A stretch of 63,758 nt of DNA, filler included, from Licmophora abbreviata (Eukaryota): the NCBI GenBank assembly GCA_900291995.1. It is 13 parts of 13 records of this genome, joined end to end, with 100 filler letters (N's around TTAATTAATTAA, not from the genome) between each part and the next. Parts side by side here need not be neighbours in the genome. Positions count along the whole stretch, not along the records: positions 1 to 5,609 come from OLMU01000716.1; positions 5,710 to 11,162 come from OLMU01000719.1; 11 more parts are not named here. One strand, given 5' to 3'. The position numbers and the translations under genes are program-made. This document shows positions 1-10,237 of this stretch, piece by piece. The notes beneath the pieces were generated by a model that was given only the letters and a program-made list of their open reading frames with translations, did no database searches and was not told where the DNA came from. Every line of letters begins with the position of its first letter. The first letter of the stretch is position 1.

Positions 1-28
1 CTCCCACAGTCATGCCGTCCCGTACTAC

Positions 29-877
29 GTGAACAAAGGGACGGGTCAAACGAGTCAGACTTATGCTCATATGTTCACCGACTTTCAGCTTGAGCGGAAT
101 AACGTTTGCTCCTCGCATTATCTTGATTCAGCCAAGCTTCACCAGGAGCACTTGATTGAAGCGTACCTCCTGGATGTGAGAACAAACCAGACTGAAAGTG
201 AAGTTTCCCGTCTCGAAAGATGCGTCGACTTAGGTAGTGCTGGTATTGGTAAGTTTCTGAATGGTGCTCACGCGTTCATGGCTTTGGCATTGTTTTAACT
301 TCGTGTTGTGACTCTTTGGAACCCGTTCGCCACAGTGACCGATGTTTTCAAACCGCCACAAGCCGTGAATATTTCAAACTCCAGTTTTCCCTGCGATGAG
401 CTACCACAATGTGATCTGACATACTTGGACGGAAAGCAGTTTATTTCTGATTCCACCAACGAATCGATGTGCTATGGGGACTGGCACTTGCAGAGTAGTA
501 TATGGCTAACAGCAGTCGCAACGGTATGCTCATTCCTACTTTGGCTCGCCAGAGTTAACATGGAAAAGGGTTCCAAGCATGCTCTCTGGAGACACCTTCG
601 GGAGGAGACTGCACCCAATTTGCTGACATCTTTTGAAAAATATACAGGTGGTGAGCATAGTATGCTCATAACACCGGAAGGAAATATCTGTGACGTACTG
701 CCGATTCCAAAACCAGGCGTAAAGAAGGCGAACAGAGCGATTCTGCTATTCGAACTCCGAGGGCTGCTCCACAGCTTCATTGGCTTATCCCTGGCTGCCC
801 TCAATGTTGCGACTCTGCAACTTGTCCAGAGGGAAAGGTATAGCCTACACCCGTCGTGGTGGTCCGGAGAGTCTTAG
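29..877 (+). CDS. 3' part of an unknown membrane protein (spliced, probably begins before the window)
   Basis: Two ORFs separated by a GTAAGT (~249)...CACAG (~335) intron; hydrophobic segments IWLTAVATVCSFLLWLA and ILLFELRGLLHSFIGLSLAAL; no recognisable family. Confidence 0.4.
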
Positions 878-1032
878 CATTCCGGTATTTGTGGTCGGTT
901 TGATAGCTGTCTGCCGTTAACTGTGTCATAGACAATGTATGACGTACTATGTTAGCTCTCTAGTAGCTAGAGTTTTCCATTAGACTCTAGACCAGCTACT
1001 CATACAGGTACCGAACTTATTTGCAGCGCACT

Positions 1033-1078
1033 CCCTCTCTCTTTCTCTCTCTCTCTCTTTCTCTCACTCACTCTCTTT
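1033..1078. repeat. (CT)n-rich microsatellite
   Basis: ccctctctctttctctctctctctctttctctcactcactctcttt. Confidence 0.8.
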
Positions 1079-1448
1079 CGATGGTCAACCTGACTCTGGG
1101 AACAAAAGCCTGGCGGTATCGTACCTGGTTGTCTACCACTGAAATATCATCATTGCCAACACTGCCGTGTGGACACAGCCAGAACTTAGAACTGTTCGAC
1201 TCAAAAGACTGAATGTCGCGTGATCAAAAGAGCTCGGTAAGTCTAGCAGAGATTCCCTCTGCCGTTCCTTTTACTAGCATTTTATGAATAACGCTTGACC
1301 TAATAAGGAATCGCTTTTTCTGGGATTGCAAGTATCTTCCAAGCAACACGGTGACGTTGGTTGACAAAGCAAGATCCGAAAGATCGGAGCAAGCCATCAC
1401 CATCACACATTCTGACACAAAATTCATCCACAGAATACACCAAGGACC

Positions 1449-2066
1449 ATGATATCTTCCTTCTTTCTCCTTGTCGTCCTGGCTATCTGCGCGGTGCTGA
1501 CAGTCGGTTTCGCGCCGCTTGATTCCGGAGCAATTTCCAGGGCGGAACGAATTGTGTCCACGAGGAGACTTCTAAGTTCCAAATCGGTCGACGATGATCC
1601 AGATATTATCGCTCGGCGGATCGTGGTGACCGGGGCAGTGCAAGGAGGCTACTATAGATCCTGTGTTCTCAACGAGGTAAAACTATCAGGGTTGCCTTTT
1701 ATCTCAGTCTATTGTGCGCGGCGGCCTTCTCAGTGTCTACCTGTGTACTTTGATTCGTTTTATAGGCCGGCCGATTTCGAAGACTTGTTGGGACTATGAC
1801 ACCTCCGGACGACACAGATGTCGCCGAGATTTATGTTGAGGTAAGTCTTATCGTATCAACGCTCCGTCTTAGGATTTACTAGACCCCTGTTCTGACAGAA
1901 CGCCTCTCCGTCTGCAATATTTCAGGGCAAGCGTGGTATGGTGGAAGGTTTCATTCGCTGGTGTACGAAGGGCGATGTCGGTCTGAGCCAAGTGACAAGT
2001 GTCAAGGAGGTGACTGACGAGTTGCCGACTGGTCTTTATGATGGCTTCTATATCAAGACTCGGTAA
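1449..2066 (+). CDS. Acylphosphatase-like protein, plastid-targeted (exons 1449-1676, 1766-1840, 1926-2066)
   Basis: Signal peptide + VG|FAP presequence; VTGAVQGGYYR phosphate-loop motif; spliced product continues LVGTMTPPDD..AEIYVEG..VEGFIRWCTKG..LYDGFYIK; GT-AG introns keep frame. Confidence 0.8.
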
Positions 2067-2218
2067 CTTCCTTCTGAATCAGTTCGACACCGCTAATGAG
2101 AAAAAATGTGTTACATTGAAACTACCGTTAGGAATGAATCAGTTTGCAAGCTTGCAATGAGTAAACTAGACGCGGGCCGAGCAGATCCCTGGCCCCTTGC
2201 GATTTTCCGAGCCATCAT

Positions 2219-5200
2219 TTACTCTGCGGTCAGGATTTCATGATATCGATACTGCCCATTTGACAAAGAGTATGCCTCCACGGTGCCATCGCTTAGGCCC
2301 CACATCAAAATACTGCCGTCCTCCGAAAGAAGCGACCGTTTGTCCTCGGGCACGTCCGACTCGGGCACTAGCTCAGATGGACTAGGTTCGTGTTTCATTT
2401 GCTCGCAGATGATAGGCCGTGCCATTTCGAAGTTCCGGGCGTGCTCTTGTCCATCGAAACCTCCGCCACGAAAGAGCCACAAACACAATATTGCGAACCA
2501 CTCGAGAAAAAAGAGCACAAGGATCCAGACGGCACTGTCGCTCAAAATGAAATCAAGGAGCGACACTGCATCGACAGTGAACAGCCCAGGAAACGGCTCA
2601 ACTACCAATTCAACCACTTTCGTGACATTGTAACAAGTTGGATGAAATGAACCTTCTTTGATGCCAGAATGGCCTCGAAATACTTTGCCATTCGTGTGCT
2701 CATTCTCTACCCCATCGAAGCAGCTGGAGCCATCTCGAATCGTAATGGTGAGCTCATCGCGCCCCTCGAAATCGAAGCTCTGGTAGATGGAACTCGAAAG
2801 AATCTCGCTGATATGTGGTGGCAGTGCGAAGAATAGAGCACGACGAGAGCACCATGGGTTATTCTGGTCACCGCCAGCAGGGAAGAACACTGTCCCGACG
2901 AAAAGGTGCCGCATCCTACCGTCTAGACAGAACACGCCATTGCGCGTCTGGAGGTCTACCATGACTGGGTCAACATCGTGGTCTGGATCAATGACTTCAA
3001 CGCCTTTTAGAGTCGTCATGAAGGGACATAAATCTGGCGAGTATTTGGGATGGAAGGATAGGCATTCATGGGGAAGAAAGACAGTGCTCATTCGAGGGGT
3101 CTTCTGAAGCGTCTGTATGGTTACTGCTCCGGAAATTGTCGGAGGAGAGTTGAAGTTCTGCACAAGAAATCCCTGTCGCTCAGAGACTGACGCGCTCACA
3201 ACGGCACCTGAGTTATTCAAGACAACAACCCTGTATTCCAACGCAAGATCCTGACCACACGCTGAAATGGATGGCTTCCAAGGATGACAAGGGTAATTTT
3301 GGAAGCCCGGAGCCGGAACAAATTCGATCGGGACCCCAGCCCCGTAAGGGAAAGACTCATTCATCACGAGAATCGACCCCTCCTCCACCAGCGAGCCACT
3401 GGAAGGATCGACAAAATACCCAGCCAAGGCAGTAGGGAGGGATGTAATTTGGTAGGAGATGTTCCGCTTCAGTTTGGACGTGTCGCAACCGCGAAGATTG
3501 AATGTGGAAGCAGTGTTCTCAACGACAACAGGTGGCGTTCCCACCTCATCCCGGTTGCGCTCGAGAAGCGCCCAACGCGTAGAGTTTCCAGCGAACAGAG
3601 AGGTGACAATCTGAACGTGAACCGTGGCTTCCTTCGACCACGTCCCATGCTGATCGGCTACCTGGAAACCAAACGAATCATTGGCAACTGCACCAGAAAC
3701 GACGGGCTCGTTCAGTCCATAAGCAAAGTAATCCACGACAGCTGGAGCGTCAACCATCCAGTTGAGAGACTCCAAAGTCATCTTTCTATAGTTCTCAACA
3801 AGGTTGTAAACGCCCTGCTCGCTTGGACTCAGCACTAGGTAACCGCGCCTTGGTGGTGTCGATATCCTGACTTTCACCACGGTATCGAGCGGATCCCGTG
3901 GATCCGTACCGGAAAGAATGCTTGTACGATTGAATGTCACTGGCTTTACTCTGTTCGCCCCGAAGAAGACTCTCTCTCCCGAGATCCGTTCTCCCTCGGG
4001 AACAAAAAGATCCTTCGGGCTGTCAGGAATCGGCGGGTCGCTCACACTCTGGACGAAGATACGGACAGTGGCCACTTCACATTCGACCAGTTTTGGCTCT
4101 TTTCCAGAGGAAACGCAGTATTCAAAGTTCGTGAACTCCTCTGAAGGTAAGGAATACGCATCCTTCGATGGAATGTACACGACGGAAGCATTGTAGAGGA
4201 CCTGTTCCATCGCAGAATCTATCGCTGTCCCGTCCATTTGGAAGAGTTTCCCATGCTCAGGAGGATACTTTATATAAAAGTACGGCACAGGCGGATCGAG
4301 GGCATCCGCAGCATCCGCAGTGAAAAGGAGATTGTACACTTCGCCATCTAGCCACTTGGCACTTAGGGCCACAACCGGAAGATGATATCCATCATCAAAC
4401 GTTCGCTCGTGGTCATACCACTCGGGTTCATGTGAGCCAGGATGGAGCTCCGCGTCCTCGTTGACTATCACGGACTGATTCAATCCAAATGGCTGAGTCG
4501 GCGGGAGACCGCGAGAAAAGTTCTCAAAGACCATAGCATCAGATAGCGCTTCCGTGTACATCGCAAACCCGTAGATCGTCGTCCCATGCGATGGTGACAA
4601 CCTCTGTGTCGCAGGATTCCCAAAAATTTGGATCTTGTATGACGGATTCCAATGCATCAAATCCGACTGGAACGTTTCCTCCCACTGAAGGATGTTCTCT
4701 CCGTTCAAGTAGAGAGACTGTCGAGAAGACCCGAGAGAAACCATTAAATTGAGAATTTCACCAGGGGCCAAGACATCCCCAACAGGAACGGAATAGATCC
4801 GGCACGAGTTGACTGATCCCACGGGGCCAGCGCGGTAAACGAGCTGCAAAGTCATCCCAAGAAGTAAAAGACGGAAATCGTGAGAGCCTACGGTGCAAGG
4901 ATCCCCTCCTCGGACAACATTAGAGCCACTGTCTCCAACAGAGAGCAGGATAGCTGACTCCTGTGACGCTGCAATGAGACCATCGTCGTCTCGTGGCATT
5001 TTGATCCATAGCTCGAACGAGATACCGCTGCTTGTCTCCAAGGTGTCCTTGTAGTGCCGATGAAGCGATGACATGTCCCTCGTAGTTTCCAAAAGCGCAT
5101 CAGGGTTCGAAATTAGAAGATTTTCATCCACTGGTGGAGACAGAATGAGACCAAGCTGGGGATCGCACCGCGAATAGTCCCTGTTGCGTTGCAGCTCAGA

Positions 5201-5332
5201 AAAGTCAAATGAAGCATCGGCTTCAATGATACCGACGCGACAGGCATCAGGCGAAATCGAAAACCGAAGTGGCTCACACATGACAGAATGAGGGTTCAGA
5301 ACCACCAATAGCACAAGAGTAAGACTCTTCAT
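2219..5332 (-). CDS. Type I membrane protein with LamG/concanavalin-like domain and cadherin-like (tandem-95/Big_9-type) repeats
   Basis: 1037 aa ORF; signal peptide; ISFELWI...LYLNGE...YGFAMYTEALS LamG-like pattern; repeats of V.ED..I..PP.HG.L..V.Y.P..F.Y/F.V..V.I.V; C-terminal TM AVWILVLFFLEWFAILCLWLF. Confidence 0.65.
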   Translation of the reverse strand: MKSLTLVLLVVLNPHSVMCEPLRFSISPDACRVGIIEADASFDFSELQRNRDYSRCDPQLGLILSPPVDENLLISNPDALLETTRDMSSLHRHYKDTLETSSGISFELWIKMPRDDDGLIAASQESAILLSVGDSGSNVVRGGDPCTVGSHDFRLLLLGMTLQLVYRAGPVGSVNSCRIYSVPVGDVLAPGEILNLMVSLGSSRQSLYLNGENILQWEETFQSDLMHWNPSYKIQIFGNPATQRLSPSHGTTIYGFAMYTEALSDAMVFENFSRGLPPTQPFGLNQSVIVNEDAELHPGSHEPEWYDHERTFDDGYHLPVVALSAKWLDGEVYNLLFTADAADALDPPVPYFYIKYPPEHGKLFQMDGTAIDSAMEQVLYNASVVYIPSKDAYSLPSEEFTNFEYCVSSGKEPKLVECEVATVRIFVQSVSDPPIPDSPKDLFVPEGERISGERVFFGANRVKPVTFNRTSILSGTDPRDPLDTVVKVRISTPPRRGYLVLSPSEQGVYNLVENYRKMTLESLNWMVDAPAVVDYFAYGLNEPVVSGAVANDSFGFQVADQHGTWSKEATVHVQIVTSLFAGNSTRWALLERNRDEVGTPPVVVENTASTFNLRGCDTSKLKRNISYQITSLPTALAGYFVDPSSGSLVEEGSILVMNESFPYGAGVPIEFVPAPGFQNYPCHPWKPSISACGQDLALEYRVVVLNNSGAVVSASVSERQGFLVQNFNSPPTISGAVTIQTLQKTPRMSTVFLPHECLSFHPKYSPDLCPFMTTLKGVEVIDPDHDVDPVMVDLQTRNGVFCLDGRMRHLFVGTVFFPAGGDQNNPWCSRRALFFALPPHISEILSSSIYQSFDFEGRDELTITIRDGSSCFDGVENEHTNGKVFRGHSGIKEGSFHPTCYNVTKVVELVVEPFPGLFTVDAVSLLDFILSDSAVWILVLFFLEWFAILCLWLFRGGGFDGQEHARNFEMARPIICEQMKHEPSPSELVPESDVPEDKRSLLSEDGSILMWGLSDGTVEAYSLSNGQYRYHEILTAE

Positions 5333-5709
5333 GGTGTCTGAAGGGTCAAAGCAGCGGGAACGCGCAACACAAAAGTGGTAAGAAACTTTGGAGCCGCACG
5401 ATGCTGTCTTGGCATCGAAACGTATCGCATTGTCAGGCCCGTCTTACCTTCTCGTGTGGTGGCCAACTGGCGATGTATGGGAGATATGGAAGCACATAGT
5501 ACGAGCAGCAAAGGAAGCCCTTTGCAATTGCTAGGAAAGATTTGTCGCACTGGACAGCGGGGCGAAACTCAGTTTGAAAAACTTCCCCGACCGTCCAGAA
5601 AGAAGTTTTNNNNNNNNNNNNNNNNNNNNNNNNNNNNNNNNNNNNNNNNNNNNTTAATTAATTAANNNNNNNNNNNNNNNNNNNNNNNNNNNNNNNNNNN
5701 NNNNNNNNN

Positions 5710-8700
5710 CAGAGCAAGTGATGTTGGAGTCGCAGTCGGCTCCGACAAATGACAGAATACCGGCCTTGTTGGCGCAGATTGAATCTGGCATTGCTCCGCT
5801 CAACTTGTTCAGCTCGACCTCAAAGGTGGCAAGTTTCTGCAAGTTACCAAGTTCGGCGGGTATTTCGCCTACCAACTCGTTACCGTACAGTAGAAGGAAC
5901 TCAAGATTCAGGAGGTTCCCCATGGAAGTAGGAATCTCCCCACTTAAACCACACTTGGAGAAGTCAATGTACTTAAGCGTAGTCTTTTCGCCGATAAACG
6001 AAGGAATTGCCCCTTTGAGTTGGCTGTTGGTGGTCAGAGAGATGTCTGTAATGTTGGTCATGTTCTCCATGAATTCCAGACCTCCTTTGAGGTATGCATC
6101 ATCAATATAGACAAACTGGAGCTCGGGAAGATTTCCGATTGAATCCGGTACTCGTGAGGTGAACTCATTCCATGAGAGGTCGATGTATGAAAGACTAGTC
6201 ATTTCAGCGAAGTCTGCCTCTACAAGAGGACCGTTCAAGATACAATACCCAATGATAAGCACAACAAGATTCTTGAGCTTCGCAATTGCCGGAGGAAGAC
6301 CTGGGTACTCGACGTAGTTGTTGAATAAATTGAGATACTCTGAAGAGAAAAAAAAGGAAAGAGCGTAGTTGAGTTTCAAGCGCCGTCTTTTCTATTGGAA
6401 ATACAAGGAAGAAAACATACCAAGATTCACCAGCCCTGAGATCCACTCTGTCCCTTCTTCCCCGTAGCTATCGAAAACGTTGCCTTCAAGGTCGAGTACC
6501 AACAGCGAAGACGCGAGCAGGCCGATTTCATTGGGGATGAACCCACTCAAGTTGTTGTCGTAGAGCTCGATACCAACGACTCGAGATTCCTCGTCGCACA
6601 CAACACCCATCCAGTCGCATTTATCAGGTCCATTATCCCCAACACCTAGCCATCCGCTTGTCTCGATCCAGGTTCCGGGCTCCTCAGACCAGTAGTTGGT
6701 GACATTGTTGGTGGAGAACCAGATGCAAGTCAAGGCGTAGTATTCAACAATATCCTGGTCGCTTGTGGTGTTACTCAAGCTTTGCATAGCCCATGTCAAG
6801 GCATCGAACTGATAGCTCAATGGATCGAGCAGCGCAGTAAAATTGTTCAGTGCCGCTCCAAAGATAACCTCTGCAACTTTGCCATCAGGAACAGGTATTG
6901 GTGATAGGGTGGGAGAAGACGCGGGTGCCGAAGTTGGCGACGGGGGTGCAGGGTCGGTGGGCATTTTTGTAGTTGGAGCAACCGATGGTGCTTCTGAGAA
7001 AAGAGCTGGAGTCGTCGGTGGGACTTTATTGTCCACTGGAGCCTGTGTGATCGGTGATGGAGTTTGCGGCGCTGCCGTTGGACTCGACGGGGCTTTCGAG
7101 ACGGGGGCCGGAGTTGAGGGCGGTAGCGTGATGTCGACGGGTGCTTGGGTGAATGGAGCTGGAGTTGACGGCGGTACCGTGATATCTACGGGTGCCTGCG
7201 TGGGCGTGACTGGAGCTGCTGTGACACCAGTGGGTGCTGTAGTGGGGGCCATCGAGGATGGTGGCTCGTCCGGAGGTGCGAATGAAGGCTCCTCCGAAGG
7301 CAACGCAACCGTGGGTATCGGAGACCTTGTTGGACCCCAAGATGGGCTTAACGTTGGAGTATCGGTCACAGGCGAGTCGCTCATGCTCGGAGGGATAAGC
7401 ACAGTATTAGCAATATGAATGACGCCATTGTTGACGAGAATGTCAGCACGAACGACAATGGAGTCGTTGAGCGTGATGGGGTCCACAGATGTAACTGTGA
7501 GCTCTTCGCCGCCCAACGTCGTTAGCGTAGCACCCATGGTGAGATCCGCGATCAAAGTAATCCCGGGGACTACGTGGTAGGCGAGCAATTCTGCCAGTAT
7601 CTCCTTGTTGGCAGAGTCCTTGAGAAACGCCAAAGCTTCGGCAGGGAGCTTGGCGAACGCGGCGTTGTTGGGGGCGAACACAGTAAAGGGGCCGTCGCCC
7701 TGGAGGGCCTCGACAAGATCAGCCCTTACAACCACATCGACGAGAGAAATCAAGTCGGGATCGGCGATCATAATATCAATAATGTCCTTTGTTGCTGAAG
7801 ACGGGAGCAGCAATTCACTCACTACGTGAACGACTCCATTTGAAGCGTCAAGATCCGCTTGAGTAACGTCGACACCGCTAATCTGGATAGGGTCAAGACT
7901 CGAGACAGTTATCGTCTCTCCGTTGAGAGATTCAGCCTTCATGTTCAGTTCGAGGTTGGCGGAGAATACCTTGGCGCCGATAACATGATACAAAAGAAGA
8001 TCGGTGAGATGGGCCTTCCACTGATCTTCGAGGAGCTTGGAAGGTACACTTTGGAAAGCCACATTGAGAGGGGCGAAAATCTGGCGGCGAGTTGTCAGGA
8101 ATACGGGGGTCAGTGCTGCGACGCTGAGCAAGGAAGACGCACACCACTCTCCGAGAGTCACTCTCCGAGAGTCACTCTCCGAGAGTCATCATTCACTTAC
8201 CGTAAAAGGACCTATGTCTTGGAGGGCCATATCGAGGTTGGTCGCACTAAGGGCTGTCTCAAGACTATCGAAGCGCTCATCTGCAGCAATAATGTCCATG
8301 ACACTTCCAATTTCAGGTGTTGGGTACAACGAGATGGGCACGCAATAGTCGACGTCAGGTGCCCCAGAGCCAGTGCACCCAGGCACAGCGTATCCGTTGT
8401 GGGGGGAGCACCGAAGTCCTTCTCCACAATCCTCGTCAAAGTCACAGTCACCTACAAACAGGTCAAGAATTGAGATTCAACATTCCACGAGGTTACAACG
8501 TTTCTATAAACAGTGCCTACTCACCTTCGCAGATACCGCATGGGTATGTCAGAGTACACTCGCCCACTTTGACTAGAGGATACTCTGGAGCAGGATCAGG
8601 AACAGTTGGGGCTGTTGGCGATGTCGGCGACGTCGGTGACGTAGGAGCTGTTGGGGAGGTAGGAGCCGACGGCGAAGTGGGAGCTGATGGTGAAGTTGGA

Positions 8701-9491
8701 AATGATGGCGAAAACGGAGCTGATGGGGAGGAAGGTGCCGTCGGGACACTAGGAGCCTGTCCCGACGGAGTCCACTCCGGCCAATCGAAGTCTAGGTCCG
8801 AAAGATCCAAGTCTGGGAAGAGGCACTGAAGTCCAAAACAATCTCCTCCCTTTCCTTTGCCTTTTCCTTTTCCTTTGCCCTTGCTGCTGCCCTTGCCCTT
8901 GCCTTTACCCTTGCTACTGCTACTTCCCTTGCCCTTGCTGCCCCCCTTACCCTTGCCTTTACCCTTGCTCTTGCCTAATTTTCTCGTGTTCTTGGCTTTT
9001 TGGTGGCTATCACTCCCGAAATGCTTACCGTGAGCACTGATGGAGGCAAGCGTTCTCTCTGAATTGTCATGTCTTGACTTCATGTGTCCATAAGAACCCA
9101 TGGTTGTCCTAGATTTTCGCGCAAGGGTCACAAGGTAGTCTCGAACGTTGCCCGCGATCGCGCCCCGAGTCCGTTCCCGCGTAGAATCCATCAATTCCTC
9201 CGTCACCTCTTCTCTCACCACCTCAACCACCTCTGTCCGGTCCGGAACGGCAGGTCTTTCCCTCTGCGGACGGTGATTTTCTCCTCGAGGCGATTGTCCC
9301 CTGTCTCGAACCGGACGGCGGCCTGCATCTCTTGCCCTATCGAGCACAGAAGAGACGGCGCTGTCCAGAGTGTCATACCAGCTAGCACCTCGGAGCCCTC
9401 CTCTTGTCTCAGCCACTACCACGCCCGAGCTGGAAAGGACACACAGTCCAATGAAAGCAAGATGCCTCAGCCAACAAAAACAATTCATCAT
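5710..9491 (-). CDS. Secreted modular cell-surface protein A: K/G/S-rich segment + frustulin-type ACR domain + 2 FAS1 (fasciclin) domains + P/T stalk + LRR domain (exons 9491-8525, 8451-8201, 8080-6421, 6339-gap)
   Basis: Signal peptide; GKGKGKGGSKGKGSSSSKG tract; spliced CGICEG|DCDFDEDC..C..VPGC.G..DYC; FAS1 motifs GPFT|IFAP, LLYHVI, ASNGVVHVV, GPFTVFAPNNAAF, NNGVIHI; LRR cap CDWMGVVC and plant-type LRRs; 3' end lost in a gap. Confidence 0.85.
8145..8188. repeat. Intronic tandem repeat (CACTCTCCGAGAGT)x3
   Basis: Three exact 14-bp units, each self-complementary (ACTCTC-C-GAGAGT), inside intron 8200-8081. Confidence 0.9.
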
Positions 9492-10237
9492 CGTCGTCTC
9501 AGAATTGAGACTGAGGGTTACTGGTACGCTTTGGTCTTAGAAAGGTTGCTTTTTTTGCGGACGAGACACATGGCAAAAGATTCGTTCACGAGAGGGATTG
9601 ATCATCCGCTGGGAGTGTCACGACAGTCCGAAGTACTATGTGAAACTATCATGATAATCCATCGGCGTTAAACAGGGTTCACGATTGAAGTATTTGTGGA
9701 TGAATAGTATATATTTTCGATCGTGCTCACAATTTATCACGCGATGCAGGCAACTTCGAAACTGCTGAATTCTCTAGCTCATCGATCGACGTGGTGGTGC
9801 ACACGTGCACACCCGAGACTCACTCGGGTACGTGTGGACGCAAGACGTTAACGCGCACCAGGTACCCGGTACGAATATTGGTCTGAAGTCACGTTGCAGG
9901 ACGATGAATTGAAACCATCCCGACAACTGTAAGGATCGTGGCAGTCGTACCCTGGTACCTGGTATTTCCGCAACACCTCTCAATTTCTTCTCTTGTCCAC
10001 ACAACCATGGTTACATCTTCTACGTTTCCAGCATAATCGCAGATAGCTCACCGTCACGTGTCAGCCACAGAGCTGTAAACGGTAAACGTTTGGTCGCTGC
10101 TCATGACGAGCAATCTCACGAGGCACTTTCTGAGGTTGACCAAAACAACACAAGGCTGACGAATTGCGAGACAACTACTTTACGATGATTTTCTATTTGT
10201 TCTCTCCCCCCTAAAAGACGCGAGCACTTCCTTTTTG

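Noticed and set aside
5654..5665. TTAATTAATTAA recurring 12 times (repeat- or CRISPR-like)
   Set aside because: Always embedded in fixed N runs: an assembly linker, not biology
6843..7418. Long antisense ORFs over P/T-rich genes (also 43756-44172, 48847-49377)
   Set aside because: Shadow frames of low-complexity coding sequence
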